Source: Thalia democratica (taxonomy: Eukaryota). From it: a stretch of DNA of 64,000 nucleotides. Where the stretch lies: the NCBI GenBank assembly GCA_965202585.1, contig OZ241832.1, forward strand, positions 39,618,001 to 39,682,000, read 5' to 3'. Below, piece after piece: positions 29,101-45,100 of the stretch. The first letter of the stretch is position 1; each line of letters begins with the position of its first letter. The notes under the pieces were generated by a model, which made no database searches, was not told where the DNA came from, and saw only the letters and a list, made by a program, of their open reading frames with translations. The position numbers and the translations under genes were made by a program.

Positions 29101-30426
29101 CTATAAATCACTAGACTACGAAAACAATAAATTATATATTTAAAAACTCTAGTATTTTAACTTTTTGGCTCACTAATTAAATATATAAACAACTTGTTAA
29201 AAACGGCTAAACTTTTCGACTACTAATGCATCAATAACTATTAGCTTTAGCAACTAAAAATAAAACATCTATTTTTAAAGGTTCTTAAAAATTATGTTGT
29301 AAGTTTGTGTTATTTTATTTACATTGAATGAGTATTTAACATTGTTTTAGAAAACTTCAACAAACTACAATAAAAATAAAGTAAACTTGTAATTGTTTTC
29401 AAAAGTATCTTTAAAAAAATCCATATTAGCTATGATAGTACTACACATTATTTTCGTTAGCACTGCTAACTTAGCAGTTATGATATACTTGCTAATGTAT
29501 GTATTTTAGGTTAAAAGCAATTAATATCAGAGCAAGTTGATTATAATTACTTAAAGTTTTACTATATATACTTAAATAAGTAATTGATACACACAAAACC
29601 ATATGGAAACTGCAGTGATTTATTAATTACTAATAACATTAATCCATATATAGTTTATGTTAAAGTTCTCGTTTGGTATGGTTATTTAAAATATTTTTAA
29701 AGATGTTTTACTTCATGTTAATTTTATGAGATTCTTTATATTATAAAAGCATAGATTAGCTAAGACTGTATGGTCTTTAAATAAAATACCATAATTGTAT
29801 TTTTTCGATGCCTATTGACCAATTATAATAGAATACTTATTTTTTTTTTGAATTTTGTTGATCAAAACTTCCTCTCTTTAGTCCATAATGACTATAAAAT
29901 AAAAAATTTAAAACTATTATGTTTTCAATATATTCACGAAAAAAAAGAAATTGAAACTACTTTTTAAACTTTTTAAAGTCGAAATAATTAATTTTAAATT
30001 AAACTTGTTTTTGCTTTTTGAAAGTAACTTTTTAAAAAATCCATATTAGCTACGATAGTACTACACATTATTTTTGTAGCAGTAATGATATGTTTGCTCA
30101 TGTATGTATTTTAGGTTAAAGACAATTAATATCAGAGCAAGTTGATTATAATAACTTAAAATTTTACTATATATACTAAAATTAGTAGCTGATACACACC
30201 TAACCATATATATACGGCGGTGGTTTATAAGTTACTGTATATTTAATGTTTTTGAATTTTGTTAATCTAAACTTCCTGTTCTTAGACCGTAATGACTATA
30301 CAATGAAAGAATGAAAATTACTAAGTTTTAAATATATTCAGAAAAAAAGAAATTTAAACTGTTTTATAAAGTTGAAATAAGCTAAAAAATAATTAAAAGT
30401 GTTTTTCAATAAAATAGGTTATTTAG

Positions 30427-30849
<423 letters not shown>

Positions 30850-32459
30850 CTTAATGTCTAAAGCAGTGTTATTGATGTGTTATAAGTTCTATTAGTTTCT
30901 TTTCTATGGTTTATTCTAACATTTCTATTTTTGTGTGTTTTATGTACATATTAAAGATTCTTCACTTCTATTTGTAGTAGAAGTATTTTCGTAATAAACT
31001 ATGTTCAAAGATTACTTTCATTGTGTTGTATTGTTTAACCTTAGTCTTATATTTTTAAGTTTACTAATTGTTATTATCTTAATCGAAGAAGAACGGTTCT
31101 GCTGTTGATAGATAATAAAATCCACCTGAAAAAATTACCGCTTACAAACGCTATATTAGTAATCTCAAAATAATAGATGAAAAAACTTATTGTTTTCACA
31201 ATTTATCTTATGTAATTTAAAATTGTAATAGGTTATGGCTGTCATGAGTTTGAAACATTGATTTTGTGCTGGCTGTTGAAGTTAGTAAGTAAGGTTTATT
31301 ACTAAAAAGAAGATTCTTCAACACTAAATTTAAACTATTTTGAGCACATTCGTACAAATATGTGTAAATCGAAAAAAAGCTTATGTTGTATAATTAGTGT
31401 ATATAAAATTTATCTACACTTGATTTAGTTATACTGCGAAGTATGATAGTATTATGAAGTACTAAAAATCTTACCACTTACAATTGATTTAAGCCAAATT
31501 CAGCTGTCATTAACAAAATTATTAAGTTGTTTAGTTTAGTTATTGGCAGAGAAATTATAAATCACTAGACTACGAAAAATATAAATTATATATTTAAAAA
31601 TTTCTAGTATTCTAATGTTTTGACTGACTAATTAAATATATAAACAACTTGTTAAATCAATGCATCAATAACTTTTAGCTTTAGCAACTAAAAATAAAAC
31701 ATCTATTTTTAAAGGCTCTTAAAAACTATCTTGTAAGTTTGTGTTATTTTATTTACATTGAATGAATATTTAACATTGTTTTGGAAAACTTCAACAAACT
31801 ACAATAAAAATAAAGTAAACTTGTAAGTTCTTTTCAAAAGTTTTTTTTTAAATCCATATTAGCTATGATAGTACTACACATTATTTTTGTTAGCACTGCT
31901 AACTTAGCAGTTATACTTGCTCATGTATGTATTTTAGGTTAAAGACAATTAATGTCAGAGCCAGTTGATTATAATTACTTAAAATTTTACTATACATACT
32001 AAAATGAGTAATTGATACACACAAAACCATATGGAAACTACAGTAGTTTATTAATTACTAATGACATTAACCCATATTTAGTTTAAGTTTAAGTTCTTGT
32101 TTGGTATAGTTATTTAAAATATTTGTAAGGATGTTTTACTTCATGATAATTTTATGAGGTTCTTTATATTATAAAAGCATCGATTAGCTAAGATTGTTTC
32201 ATCTTTAGATAAAATACCACAATTGTATATTTTTCGATGCCTATTGACCTATTAAAATGGAATACTTTAATGTTTTTGAATTTTGGTGATTAAAACTTCC
32301 TTTCTTTAGTCTATAATGACTATACAACAAAAAATTTAAAACAACTTTGTTACAACACATTCAGGAAATATAAGAAATTAAACTACTTTTTAAACTTTTT
32401 TAAGTCGAAATAAACTAAAAAATAATTTAATTTACGTTTCAATAAAATAGGTTATTTAA

Positions 32460-32882
<423 letters not shown>

Positions 32883-34820
32883 CTTAATGTCTAAAGCAGT
32901 GTTATTGATGTGTTATAAGTTCTATTAATTTCTTTTCTATGGTTTATTCTAACATTTCTATTTTTGTGTGTTTTATGTATAAGTATTTTCGTAATAAAAC
33001 ATGTTCAAAGACTACTTTCATTGTGTTATATTGTTTAACCATTTTAAGATAATTTTGTCGTTATAATCTTGAATAAGAATTTTAAAGTTGATGTATAATA
33101 ACATCTTCTTGAATAAATTACCGCTACAAACGGTATATTAGCTGATACAAAATAAGAGAAAAAAAATTAATTTCACAAAATATTTTAAGCAACTGAACAC
33201 TTGCAACAGGTAATGGTTGTCATTAGTTTGAAACATTGTTTTTGTTTGCTGCTTGTTACAAATAATAAATAAAGCTCACTTATTACTAAAACAGAAAATC
33301 CTTAACACTAAGTTTTGAATTATTTTGAGCAAATTCGTACAAACATCTGTAAATCGAAAAATTGAGAAATGTGATATTTCAAAAACATTTATGTTGTATC
33401 AATAAAGTCAATAAATTTTCTACTACTAAATATCTTCTAGAACATATTTTATCTGCGAAGTAATACTATATAATAAGATTAGTTATCATGATGTATTAGA
33501 AGTACTACCACTTACAATTTATTTAAGTCAATTCAGTTGTCTTTACAAAATTACAAAGCTGTTTATTCCGGCCTAACCAAGTAGATACAGGTTTTACAAA
33601 ACTCATTTAAAGAAGTTCACTTTTGGCATGAATTAAAAGATAAATCATTTTTAAGATATCACCTCCTCAACATGTTAATTTTTATTAATTATTGTATTAT
33701 TACCAATCTAATTCGATCAAATCTTGCTCTATTTTTTATTGGGACACGTTCAGACTCCACCCGCTTTCAAAATCCACTCGATCAAAACCTACCAGTCAAA
33801 CTCGTAAACTGATTACCGATCGAGGGTAAGTGTTAAAAATAACCGTGATAGTAAGAAAGAATAAATAATAAATAATGAGGATGCAAAAAAAATATAAAAT
33901 AATTTAATAAATAAAGAAAACATTTAAATAAATTTGGTGGATTTTGAACGCGGTTGGATTTTGATAGTGTACAATTTTTTATACTTATTTTAATTTTTAA
34001 ATAATATTTGAAGGCCAAATATATTTTAAAATTAAACTAAGCTATAAAGTTTGAAAAACAGGTAATATATTAAGCCGTTTTATCTATCTGATTTTATCTA
34101 GTTACTCAGTAACTTACTAAACAATTGAAAAATATAATTCCTAAACTCTAAATTCTTCGAAGTGTTTTATTTGAAGTTGATTAAGTATTTACCATAGTCT
34201 ACATTAAACTAAAAGTATTGAAACTTTGCAAAAATTAAATTAAAAACTTCTGTTTTTTGTTCACATCTTTTTTGGGTTGTTTATTTTGCGTTCTCTCTTT
34301 TTCAATTGAAATAAAAACAGCAAATTTATTCGATTCTAACTCGATTCTAAATACTAAAAAGATACAAAATTGGAGAGTAAAATTTTTGAAAATAAATTGT
34401 AAATGACTATACGTTTCTTTTTAAACTTATAAAATTTATTTCTGCAGCTATCAATAAAAAAAGAGAAATAAAACCGTTGTGATATTACAATAAAATTTTA
34501 TCATCATACTTTAGAATACTTTTTTACAGTTTGTTGATTGTAAAACAAATATATTAAATATTTTTATAATGAGTTATACTGTTCACAAACTTAAAATAAT
34601 TACAAAGATTATAAATACAACGGGTCTTTAACAACGACAGTAAAAATAAAATCATTATGTTACCAAAAAATTAAATAAAATGAAAAGATTTTATGTTGTA
34701 CAAAAGTGTCTTCGAGCAAAAGTGATCACTCATGCGAAATTGACGCCATACAAAAGTGTCTTTTCGCAAAAATGTCCCTTAGTGCAAAAGTGTCCCTTTG
34801 TGCATATTTGACGCTTGACC

Positions 34821-35780
34821 TGATTAATTATATTTGGTATTTGTCTTCTAAAGTTTTTTGGTGACTAGAATTTTTATTAATAAACATGATTTTCGAACTT
34901 TATTTTTTATAAAGCATATAAGAGAGATTATACAAGTTGAGTTTTACATCTAGGTTGTTAATTGTCATCATTGGTCATTAAACATAGATATAGAAGACTC
35001 GTAACCTCATAAATATAGAAGAAGGCGTTCATTTGTTTTTTTTTTAACTTTTTATTTTGAAGCCAGAAGAATTAGGCAGTACAGCTAGACCATCGTCCCT
35101 TTACAAGTCAATTATTTCTAAACAAAAAATATTTTTCAAGCAGTCTAACGAAAAGAGTTCTACTAATTCACATTATTCTGCACCTATAAACAGTCCCTAC
35201 GCTGCTTCAAAAAGAGAGTTGGTGTTGTTTGATATCTTCTTGCGCCTTAGGTTTCTTGATCATAGAGTGCTGACTAACATGCGTTTTTTATTAGAATTAA
35301 GTTTTCATTAGGTACGCTAGCATAACTATCAGCAAATTTTAACTATTTTATTATTAATTCTTCGCTGATAAAAAAATAAAAATAAACTACATCAAACTTA
35401 AAAAGGCTGTACCTTTTTTAAAATCAGTGAGACAATTTAATTGGTCTGTATCAGTTTAATACTCAAGTTAGATTTTAAACGGACAACTTTATTGATGCAA
35501 GCAATTTTAACCTCGCATACACGATCTACACCGAACTTAAATTGTTGATTAATCTACAACTGAGAGTCAAGAAGTTTTCTTTATGGTTTTTAACCGTTAT
35601 GTATGAGTTTTTTCACGAAAGTTATCTAGTTCTGTCATGTATTTTTAAATTATTAGTTAAATTAATAGCCTCTAAATTCTAAATTAATAAATTTCAGAGT
35701 TCTATCACTACGTTTTTAGTAACCTTTAGTAATAATTTCGTTTAATAATCTTTAATAGTCACTTTCTGAAACTTTGTAAA
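34821..35780 (-). mobile_element. Decayed PLE RT fragment, inverted block
   Basis: Homologous to 27463-28412. Confidence 0.82.
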
Positions 35781-36460
35781 TGTTAGAAGTTTTATCCAAA
35801 AGTACAATCAAATATGTTTTTTAAATTTTTACTATCACTGTTAATTCTAACCCTTACCCCCCGTCAGTAATTTTTTTTTTTTGTTTTTTTAATATTTATT
35901 TTTTTTGTAATTTTGATTTTAACTTTTGGTAGTCATTTTTATTTATATTTTTACTATCACTGTTACCCCTAACCCTTACCCTCAGTTTGTAACATACTTT
36001 TTCTTTTTTTGTTTTTTTAATATTTTATCATTTTGTTTTTATCTTGTTTTTAGTTTTAATTTAGTTTTTAAATTTGATTTTATGCTTCTTTTTCACTATC
36101 GTGCAAAAATAATCTTTGTAAAAAGTGAACCTCCGTCCAAAAGTGTCTTTGTGCAAAATCGTCCTTTGTGCAAAAGTGTCCCTTGGTGCATGTTTGGCCA
36201 TATATGCAAAAATATCTTCGTGCATAATTGACCCGTTCCGAATTGGTTAACGTTTAAATAAAACATCAAGTGACAAAGAAAAATGTTTGAAAACAAAACA
36301 GGATCACGAGTTAATGATAAAAAAAAGCGGTTACAATGATAAACTTTAGTTTGAAAAAATAGAGAAAAACTAAACAGACCATATAAATAAAAGAAAACGA
36401 AATATAGTTTGGTAAAATCCCTTATTTAGTAGTTCAATTTAAACAAATATTGGCAGAGAA
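35781..36460 (+). mobile_element. MITE right arm (35781-36239) plus PLE 3' fragment (36240-36460)
   Basis: Same composite and junctions as 28413-29100. Confidence 0.78.
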
Positions 36461-37339
36461 ATTATAAATCACTAGAATACGAAAACAATAAATTATATAT
36501 TTAAAAAATTCTAGTATTCTAATTTTTTGACTGACTAATTAAATATATAAATAACTTATTAAAAACGGTTAAACTTTTCGATTATCAATGCATCAATAAC
36601 TTTTAGCTTTAGCAGCTAAAAATAAAACATCCATTTTAAAGGCTCTTAAAAACTATCTTGTAAGTTTGTGTTATTTTATTTACATTGAATGAATATTTAA
36701 CATTGTTTTGGAAAACTTCAACAAACTACAATAAAAATAAAGTAAACTTGTAATTTCTTTTCAAAAGTATCTTTTTAAAATCCATATTAGCTATCGTAGT
36801 ACTACACATTATTTTCGTTAGCACTGCTAACTTAGCAGTTATACTTGCTCATGTATGTATTTTAGGTTAAAGGCAATTAATATCAGAGCCAGTTGATTAT
36901 AATTACTTAAAATTTTACTATATATACTAAAATGAGTAATTGATACACACAAAACCATATAGAATCTGCAGTGGTTAGCAATTACTAATGACATTAATTC
37001 ATGTAAAGTTCTCGTTTGGTATGGTTATTTAAAATATTTTTACGATGTTTTACTTCATGTTAATTTTATGAGGTTCTTTATATTATAAAAGCATCGATTA
37101 GCTAAGATTGTATGGTCTTCAAATAAAATACCACAATTGTATTTTTTCGATGCCTATTGACCAATTAAAATGGAAAACTTTAATGTTTTTGAATTTTGGT
37201 GATTAAAACTTCCTTTCTTTAGTCTATAATGACTATACAAAAAAAATTTAAAACAATTACGTTTTCAATATATTCAGGAAAAAAAAGAAATTGAAACTAC
37301 TTTTTAAACTTTTTAAAGTCGAAATAAACTAAAAAATAA

Positions 37340-37795
<456 letters not shown>

Positions 37796-38619
37796 CTTAA
37801 TGTCTAAAGCAGTGTTATTGATGTGTTATAAGTTTTATTAGTTTCTTTTCTATGGTTTATTCTAACATTTCTATTTTTGTGTTTTTAATGTATATATTAA
37901 AGATTCTTCACTTCTATTTGTAGTAGAAGTATTTTTGTAATAAAATATGTTCAAAGACTACTTTCATTGTGTTATATTGTTTAACCTTTTTAAGATAATT
38001 TTGTCGTTATAATCTTGAATAAGAATTTTAAAGTTGATGTATAATAACATCTACTTGAATAAATTACCGCTACAAACGGTATATTAGCTGATTCAAAATA
38101 AGAGAAAAAAAAATTAATTTCACAAAATATTTTATATAATAGTTTGAACACTTGCAACAGGTAATAGTTGTCATTAGTTTGAAACATTGTTTTTGTTTGC
38201 TGCTTGTTACAATTAATAAATAAAGCTCACTTATTACTAAAACAGAAAATCCTTAACACTAAGTTTTTAATTATTTTGAGCAAATTCGTACAAACATCTG
38301 TAAATCGAAAAATTGAAAATTGTGATATTTCAAAAACATTTATGTTGTTATCAATAATGTCAATAAATTTTCTACTATTAAATATCTTCGAGAACATTAT
38401 TTTCCTGCGTAGTAATACTATATAATGAGAATAGTTATCATGATGTATTAGAAGTACTACCACTTACAATTTATTTAAGCCATGTTCAGTTGTCTTTACA
38501 AAATTACAAAGTTGTTTAGTCCAGCTTAACTAGTTTTACTTTGTTAACGAAAATAAGCTAATTTAACCTAACTTTTTTTTATAAAATAGTACTTTCTGTA
38601 AAGTAAAAACAGGTTTCAT

Positions 38620-38729
38620 AACAACAACAGCATCCGAGAAAACCTACGACCGGTTTCGTCCTTTAGGACTATTTTTTTTGACGAAAAGGACGAAACCAGT
38701 CGTAGGTTGTCTCGGAAGCTGTTGTTGTT
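38620..38729. repeat. 110-bp palindrome (45-bp arms, 3 mismatches, 20-nt spacer) at the right border of the H3 array
   Basis: 38620-38664 AACAACAACAGCATCCGAGAAAACCTACGACCGGTTTCGTCCTTT pairs with 38685-38729. Confidence 0.92.
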
Positions 38730-39336
38730 GGTCGTGCGGTGAAGTTCATTGTTTATTATTTCTTAAAAGAAAGAAATTTATTTTTATTTATGTATATATT
38801 TTACTTGTAATTAACGCATAACCGCGTTAAACAATAAATCAACCGACTGTAATTCCGGATTGTTCGAGAACTTGTCGTAATTTACTTAAGTAATACACAA
38901 GATGTACCAGTTCCAGAATGGTAAAGATATTATTACTGTGACTCACTCAAATATATCCTTATTATCAGACAGAATCACGTAATTCTAGTAAATGTACTGC
39001 TTAAAAGTAGCTTTGTAAATAAGAAAGAAAGAATAACTAACCTGACCTTTAAACTTTATCTTGCTAGAATTATAGATAGGATCGTAGGAGCCTGCTATAA
39101 CAAAAGATTTATCTGTTGACACTTAAGTTTTTCTTGCTTACTGCTCTGTTAGTCACATAACTATAAGGTGTGTTAGGCTATTAACATACACAGTTTGAAG
39201 GATAATAGGAGCTTGACTAGTTAGATTAAGAAACTGAGGATAATATATACGCTATTTATATGTGTATGTTTCCGTTAAAACACCTTCTAGTATAATATAA
39301 TACCTTCAAAACTAATAAAAGAGTTCAATCTCTGCA

Positions 39337-39517
39337 GGTGCACTTTTGCACGGTTGAATTTCACTAATATTTTTTTTTACTATCACTGCTACTCCTAACC
39401 CTTACCCTCGGTCAGTAATATTTTTTTTCTTTTTTATTAATTTATCTTATAGTTTTTTTTTTACTCTGGTGCAAAATTGTCTTCGGGCAGTTTTGTCCCC
39501 TCGTGCAATTTTGACCC
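39337..39517. mobile_element. Short internally deleted copy of the same GTGCA-repeat MITE family
   Basis: Left CACTTTTGCACGG, internal CCTAACCCTTACCC, right TCGTGCAATTTTGACCC. Confidence 0.6.
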
Positions 39518-40066
39518 TATTAATACAAGCTATTAGAAATAAAAAATAAATAAAACTTGAGTACTTTACATACAAACATTTATAATCAAATCAGCTGGTG
39601 CTAGTATGAACGAAGGATAAAATTTTATAAAGTTTCTTATTTAAAATAACATTTAAAAATTGACTTCCATTCAGTTTTCAAGTTACATTTATATGTATTT
39701 TAACTCACTAAAATGTTCCCTGAAGAAAATATTATACTTTATCCGTGGTATATAGATTGATAATTAAAAAGTTTTTTTTTTCTTATGCAGGTTCCTTAGA
39801 CCAAACTTGTTGAGCGCTTTTATGTTGTTTAATAAACGATACAAAATTTGACAAAAATTTACATACCAAGAATTTGTTAAAATATTAGTGTCAAACTTTT
39901 ATTAGATGTTTAAGATATTTCTATTTCATACCATATAAAAGTTTTTTAATTGTTATGTCCTAAAAGGTAAAGATATAAAATAACAATTCGAAAATATAAA
40001 TTAAAGCGTTTGTTAACAAGAATCTGAGCGAAACAAGTTCACTGGAAGTATAACAATAACAAATTA

Positions 40067-40239
40067 AACAGTATTATTTCTTTATTACACTAACACATGT
40101 TTTTGTGTGTTAACGGGTTAACACACTTCAGCTTCTATTCTTTGCTTACAGTATTTATTTTTTACAGAGCTCTATTGAAGTTTGTAAACCCGTTAACACA
40201 CAGAAACATGTGTTAAAGTAATTAAAAAAGAATACTGTT
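40067..40239. repeat. Hairpin MITE-like inverted repeat (about 60-bp arms)
   Basis: AACAGTATT...AACACATGTTTTTGTGTGTTAACGGGTT pairs with AACCCGTTAACACACAGAAACATGTGTT...AATACTGTT. Confidence 0.75.
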
Positions 40240-42171
40240 AAATTTAAGATACAAAATATGTATCAAATTATTCGAATGTTATTAAGGTTATACAGTTTGC
40301 ATGTATTAGAACTATTTTTAATCAAATATATTTACATACATTTCTTATTGCCGTTTAATTTCGTCCTGTCATAATAAAGAGTATGAACTCTAAATGTGTA
40401 TTTATTTTTCTTGCTCAGGCCAATAGGTTCATAATTGTAGTTAAATTGCATTTTTTACAATTAAAAACTTTAAGAACATGAACTAATCTTTCTCCTATAT
40501 TTTGATTGACTCTATTTTTATTTAACGGAAGCAGTTAATTTTAGTCTTTAATAAATAATTAGCATATTCTATATGCATTAAAGTATTAATTAACATTTAA
40601 TGGCACGATCGCTATAAAGTGACTGATGCTATAAAGTTTTGAATACTTGTTATGCACGTTTGTTTAAACAACCTAAAATTTATGTCAAGTAAAAATACTT
40701 AAAATTTCAGAAAATTTAAATCGTATTAAAACATTTAGTGACAACTAATTAAAAAACCTTAACTAAATGAATTTTTTGTAGCAAAGTAATGTTTATTGCA
40801 AATAAAAAGAAAATTAAAGCTATAGTACAAAAAAACACAGATAAAACGTAACTCATGTGTTTTATGCAGCTCTTTAATTTAAGCAGCTAAACATTTTATA
40901 AAATACTAAACTTTTAAATGTATTTAAGTGGAAATATAAGTAAACAAACTTAAAATTTTATTTTTTCTAAAAGTAACAAAAACTACACACAATATTTTTA
41001 CAACTTCGTGGCTTCAAGAAACCAAAAGTTTTCTAAATCACTAAATTTTAAAAACAGTTTAAGAAAATATTGCTATAAAACTTTCAAATTTATTCATATA
41101 AAAATCATTGTAGTTCAAAACTTCAAGGTTGTAATTATAGATACATTTCAAAAATATCAACTACTTGAATGCACAATTTCTATCATATAAATTATAACAA
41201 TTAATTATATAAATTTGTTTAGTTAACTTGAGAAAGAAATTTATCATATTAGCTGCATCAATTTTTAATAATAAAACTTCTCTAATTAAATATTTTGGAA
41301 TGAAAACAAGACTAAGTTTTTTTGAGTTAAGTTAAAAACTTTTTTTACTCTTATATTCAAGTAAAATTCCGTAATTTTATTACAGTAAACTTAAAATACT
41401 ACATAATTTAATTAAAATGAAGCTAGCATATAACTAAAAAACTCACAAGTAAAAATAAACAAGCAAATGTATGCAAAACATATACACTCTTTAATTATGA
41501 ATAACAATTTAACTATTCACTAAAAAATTAAAAAAACAATCTATGCTATTTACACAACTTTTGCGCTTATGACTTAAGAACCTGTTTTTAACTATACAAA
41601 ATTACACTAAAACATATAAAACACAGGTTTAATCTAATTCGGCAGATTAAGCATTTTTTAGTAAACAACAAATTCGAACTCTATCGTTAAAAGGCAAGAA
41701 AAAAGTTCATAATTTTCTAATATAGTATATTTTTCAATGATTTTTTAAAACAGTATACCTTAAGCCTTTTTAATACAAAATTTCTTAAAAATTAAACAAA
41801 CATATTAAATTTCATATCAGCTTTTTTAATCAAAAAACTATTTGATATTATTAGCATAAAAAAATTATTAAGTTTACAAAACTTTTGTAATGCAAGCTAC
41901 ATAAGCTTTAGAATAATTGTTTTTGGACTGCAGTTGTATTTTGTCAAATTTAATAATGTTTTTTATCTTCAAACACTCATAAACAATAGCCAAGGCCAAA
42001 ACTATTTGTAAAACTTTAGCTCTTTTCTAAACTAAATAATTTAAAACAATCAAGTCCTACGTTTCATTTAAGAAATAATAAAACAAACAAACAAGATAAT
42101 AATTTTCCTAATCATTATTCTACAGTTTACGACAAAAGCCGAGTCAAAACTTAATTAAACTTGTTTTTTTT

Positions 42172-45100
42172 TCAGAAATGTTTCAGCAAGTCCTTGTGGT
42201 GCTCGCTGGCGTGCGCGTACATCTCGTCGCAGCTGCCGAACGCGAGGTCGCACGGGCGGCACCTGACGAACTGTGACGTCACAACGGCCTCGTGGCACAT
42301 GTCCATGTGGGCGAGCAGCTCGCAGCACGTGTCGAACGCGCAGTTGGTGCAGACGAGGCACTCGAAGTTGCCGCTGCCGGAGGAGTCGTGGGAGCTGATG
42401 TGCTCGTTGAAGCTGTCCTCGCAGTGGAACCGCTGGCTGCAGTGGGCGCACATGAAGTCGCCGTCGTTCTCCTCCCGCGCCACCACGTTCACGTCGATGC
42501 AGGGCGACTTCAGGTCCGGAGGCGGATCCTTGGCTACCTTCGGGGTGAAAGCTGCCGATTTGAACGGCACCATCGAGTTGCCGTTGAAAGGCGAGCTGTT
42601 CGAAGTTTTTCTGTTCTCCTCCTCGCCCGAGTTGCACCTGTGCATGATCAGGTTTCGCTCGTTCATGAAGGACTGTCGGCACAACTTGCAGGAAAATCTG
42701 AAAAAAGAACCATGAAACGAACCTTTCAAGTGACTTATAAAAGTAAACAATTATTTTTATGAACATTATTATTAAAAATAATTGCAAAGATTACTTGGCG
42801 TGCGACTTTGAGGTTGAAGTGAAGGTGTGAGATCTCTTGTTGCTGCCAGACACGTAATCTTCGGGGAAGCCGCACTGGTTCGCGTAGTGAGAAGTCAGGT
42901 GGTCTTTGCGAGCGAATCTCTTCTTGCAAGCCGGGTGAACACACTATAACGAGAAATTTTATGAGTGATTTTACATATTAATCTAAATTACGACGCTGAT
43001 AAAGTACTGATGTTAGTTGGTTTGTCCTGTAATGCTATTGGCATTTTCTCCTTTCTTATTATGTAAATAAATTTAAGTTTTTCATCTAAGTTAAAAAATT
43101 TAAAGCATAGCTGAAATAAAATGTAAATTTAATTTGTAAATGGATAAAAAAGTATTAGCATTTCATATAATATTTGTGTAATACATTTTTCAAAGATTAA
43201 TAGTTCAGAATTTGTAGTCAATATTTATTTTACTTCTTTAACTTTTAAAACATTAAGATGTACATGCGTACAATTGAAAACAAAAATTGCACAAAAAAAT
43301 AACTACGTTTTTAATATATACTTTTTTTTATTTTTAACTTACTTGAAATGGTTTGCTACAAGTGTGCTTTCTCAGATGCCTGACCATTTTGCTGTGATCT
43401 TTAACAGTGACATTACAAAAGTAGCATGGTATATTTTTTGTAAAACCAAAGTTGTGTGCCATTTCATGAGCTAGTTTTCCTAAAATATAGATAGTTTTTC
43501 ATTAAAGTGAAGCTTTTCAAAAACTATACCTAAATTACAACAAAACTAATAAATACTTCAGTATATTTTATATATTTTTAAATCTTTTTAATTTATCTAA
43601 AATATTTCTAAAAATTTAAAAGAAAAACTTCAATTAAGTTGTTGGGAGAAGACTAAATTGTAGTAAAATTTAAGCTGCATTTTTCTTTAATAATTAATAA
43701 AATTATTCTAGAGAGAGACTTAATTAATTTAAAATCATTTTAGCTATAACAATTTTGTAAAGCTAAGAAATATTAGTTTGAAAATTTTTTAATTCTGCAA
43801 TTACGCAACAGAACCATCCTAAGATATACGCCAACTTAGTTAAAACACCAACTGCCTTAAAAGACTAAACTAAATCTTTGTAGAACTAGTTTGGGAGTTG
43901 CAATGTTTAATTTTTTTAATTTATATCATAGTTAGTTAACTTTAATTAGCTAAATTTTTTAAATAGTTTAATAAACTTTTTCTTTTCCTCTCAAAAAAGG
44001 TCAATTTTTTGTCAAACTTTTATTTCATACTTTAATTATATTTCTTCAACTTAAATAAGCACTTGAGCAACATTTAAAAAAAGTAAGAGTATACAGAAAA
44101 TCATTATAATACTAACAAAACTTGCTTGAAACAATTTAAAAAAAAACATTTAAGTAAAGTAAACTGAATAAGAAATTTTATAAAAAACTAAGGCAACCCA
44201 ACAAACCTTCAATAAATTCAAATGTGCGAGGGCAAAAAGCACATTCAAATACTTCATCGTTTTCATAAAATTGAGCAATCTGACGGATCTTGTCTAAGTC
44301 GTAATCCAACTTAATTGACTTTACTTTGGAATCCTCGTCACTTGGTCGCAACGAAGATTCAGTGGTGTTGCTGCTATAATTTTTTTTATTGACTATATTA
44401 TCTGTAATTGCTAAAACTTTGGATTTATTGCTGTAAACTTCCATTGAGCTTTTACTTTTTTTAGACATTAACTTATCTGCTAATTCGGTCATTTTAGATA
44501 GTTTGTTAGGCAGTGTATTTACTTTTTTTACTTCAATTGAAGGAATAGCGCTTATAACAACTTTTTTCGAACCTCTATTAATCAAAGAAGCAGGTAGCGC
44601 TTCAATTTCAGACTTGCTTAAGAAAAGAGTTGAAGTTCTAGTACTGTCTAGATTTATAAATTGAGCAGGTTTTAAGTTGGTGTTAAATACATGTTTAGAG
44701 TTTTTGATAAACTGACTATTACTTTGAGTAGTACTTAACTTGCATACTTTAGGACTGATTCTTTCTGCACTGTGTGGTAAAGGTCTTTTTAGGGATAGTT
44801 TAACTGTAGACGAACTGTCTAGAATGTTGACCTGATTTAAAGAAGACCTTGCTGCTTTTTTAGGACGTTGAAGCAATTGTGAAAGTTCCGAAGTTCCTTC
44901 TTGGAGTTGTGTTTTGGGACTAATAGCAGGTATAGAACTTGGAGAACTAGTACTTAAAGAATGCTTTGTAAAGCCATTTTTCGTTGAAGAAGAACCATAT
45001 TTTACTACAGATCTTTCACAATGATGACTCAACTTCTGATTCTCACTGTTGAAAACTTTTTGACAATAAACACAAAACCAAGTATCAATTATAGTACGGG

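Noticed and set aside
38730-39330. Possible decayed LINE endonuclease or Helitron end right of the array (small TTAACGC..GCGTTAA hairpin)
   Set aside because: No clear catalytic motifs and no CTRR terminus; the similarity is too weak.
42155-42787. Overlapping long ORFs (42155-42787 minus, 42161-42715 plus, 42292-42762 plus, 42735-42944 minus)
   Set aside because: By-products of very high GC3. Only the zinc-finger frames splice in phase and encode recognisable domains.
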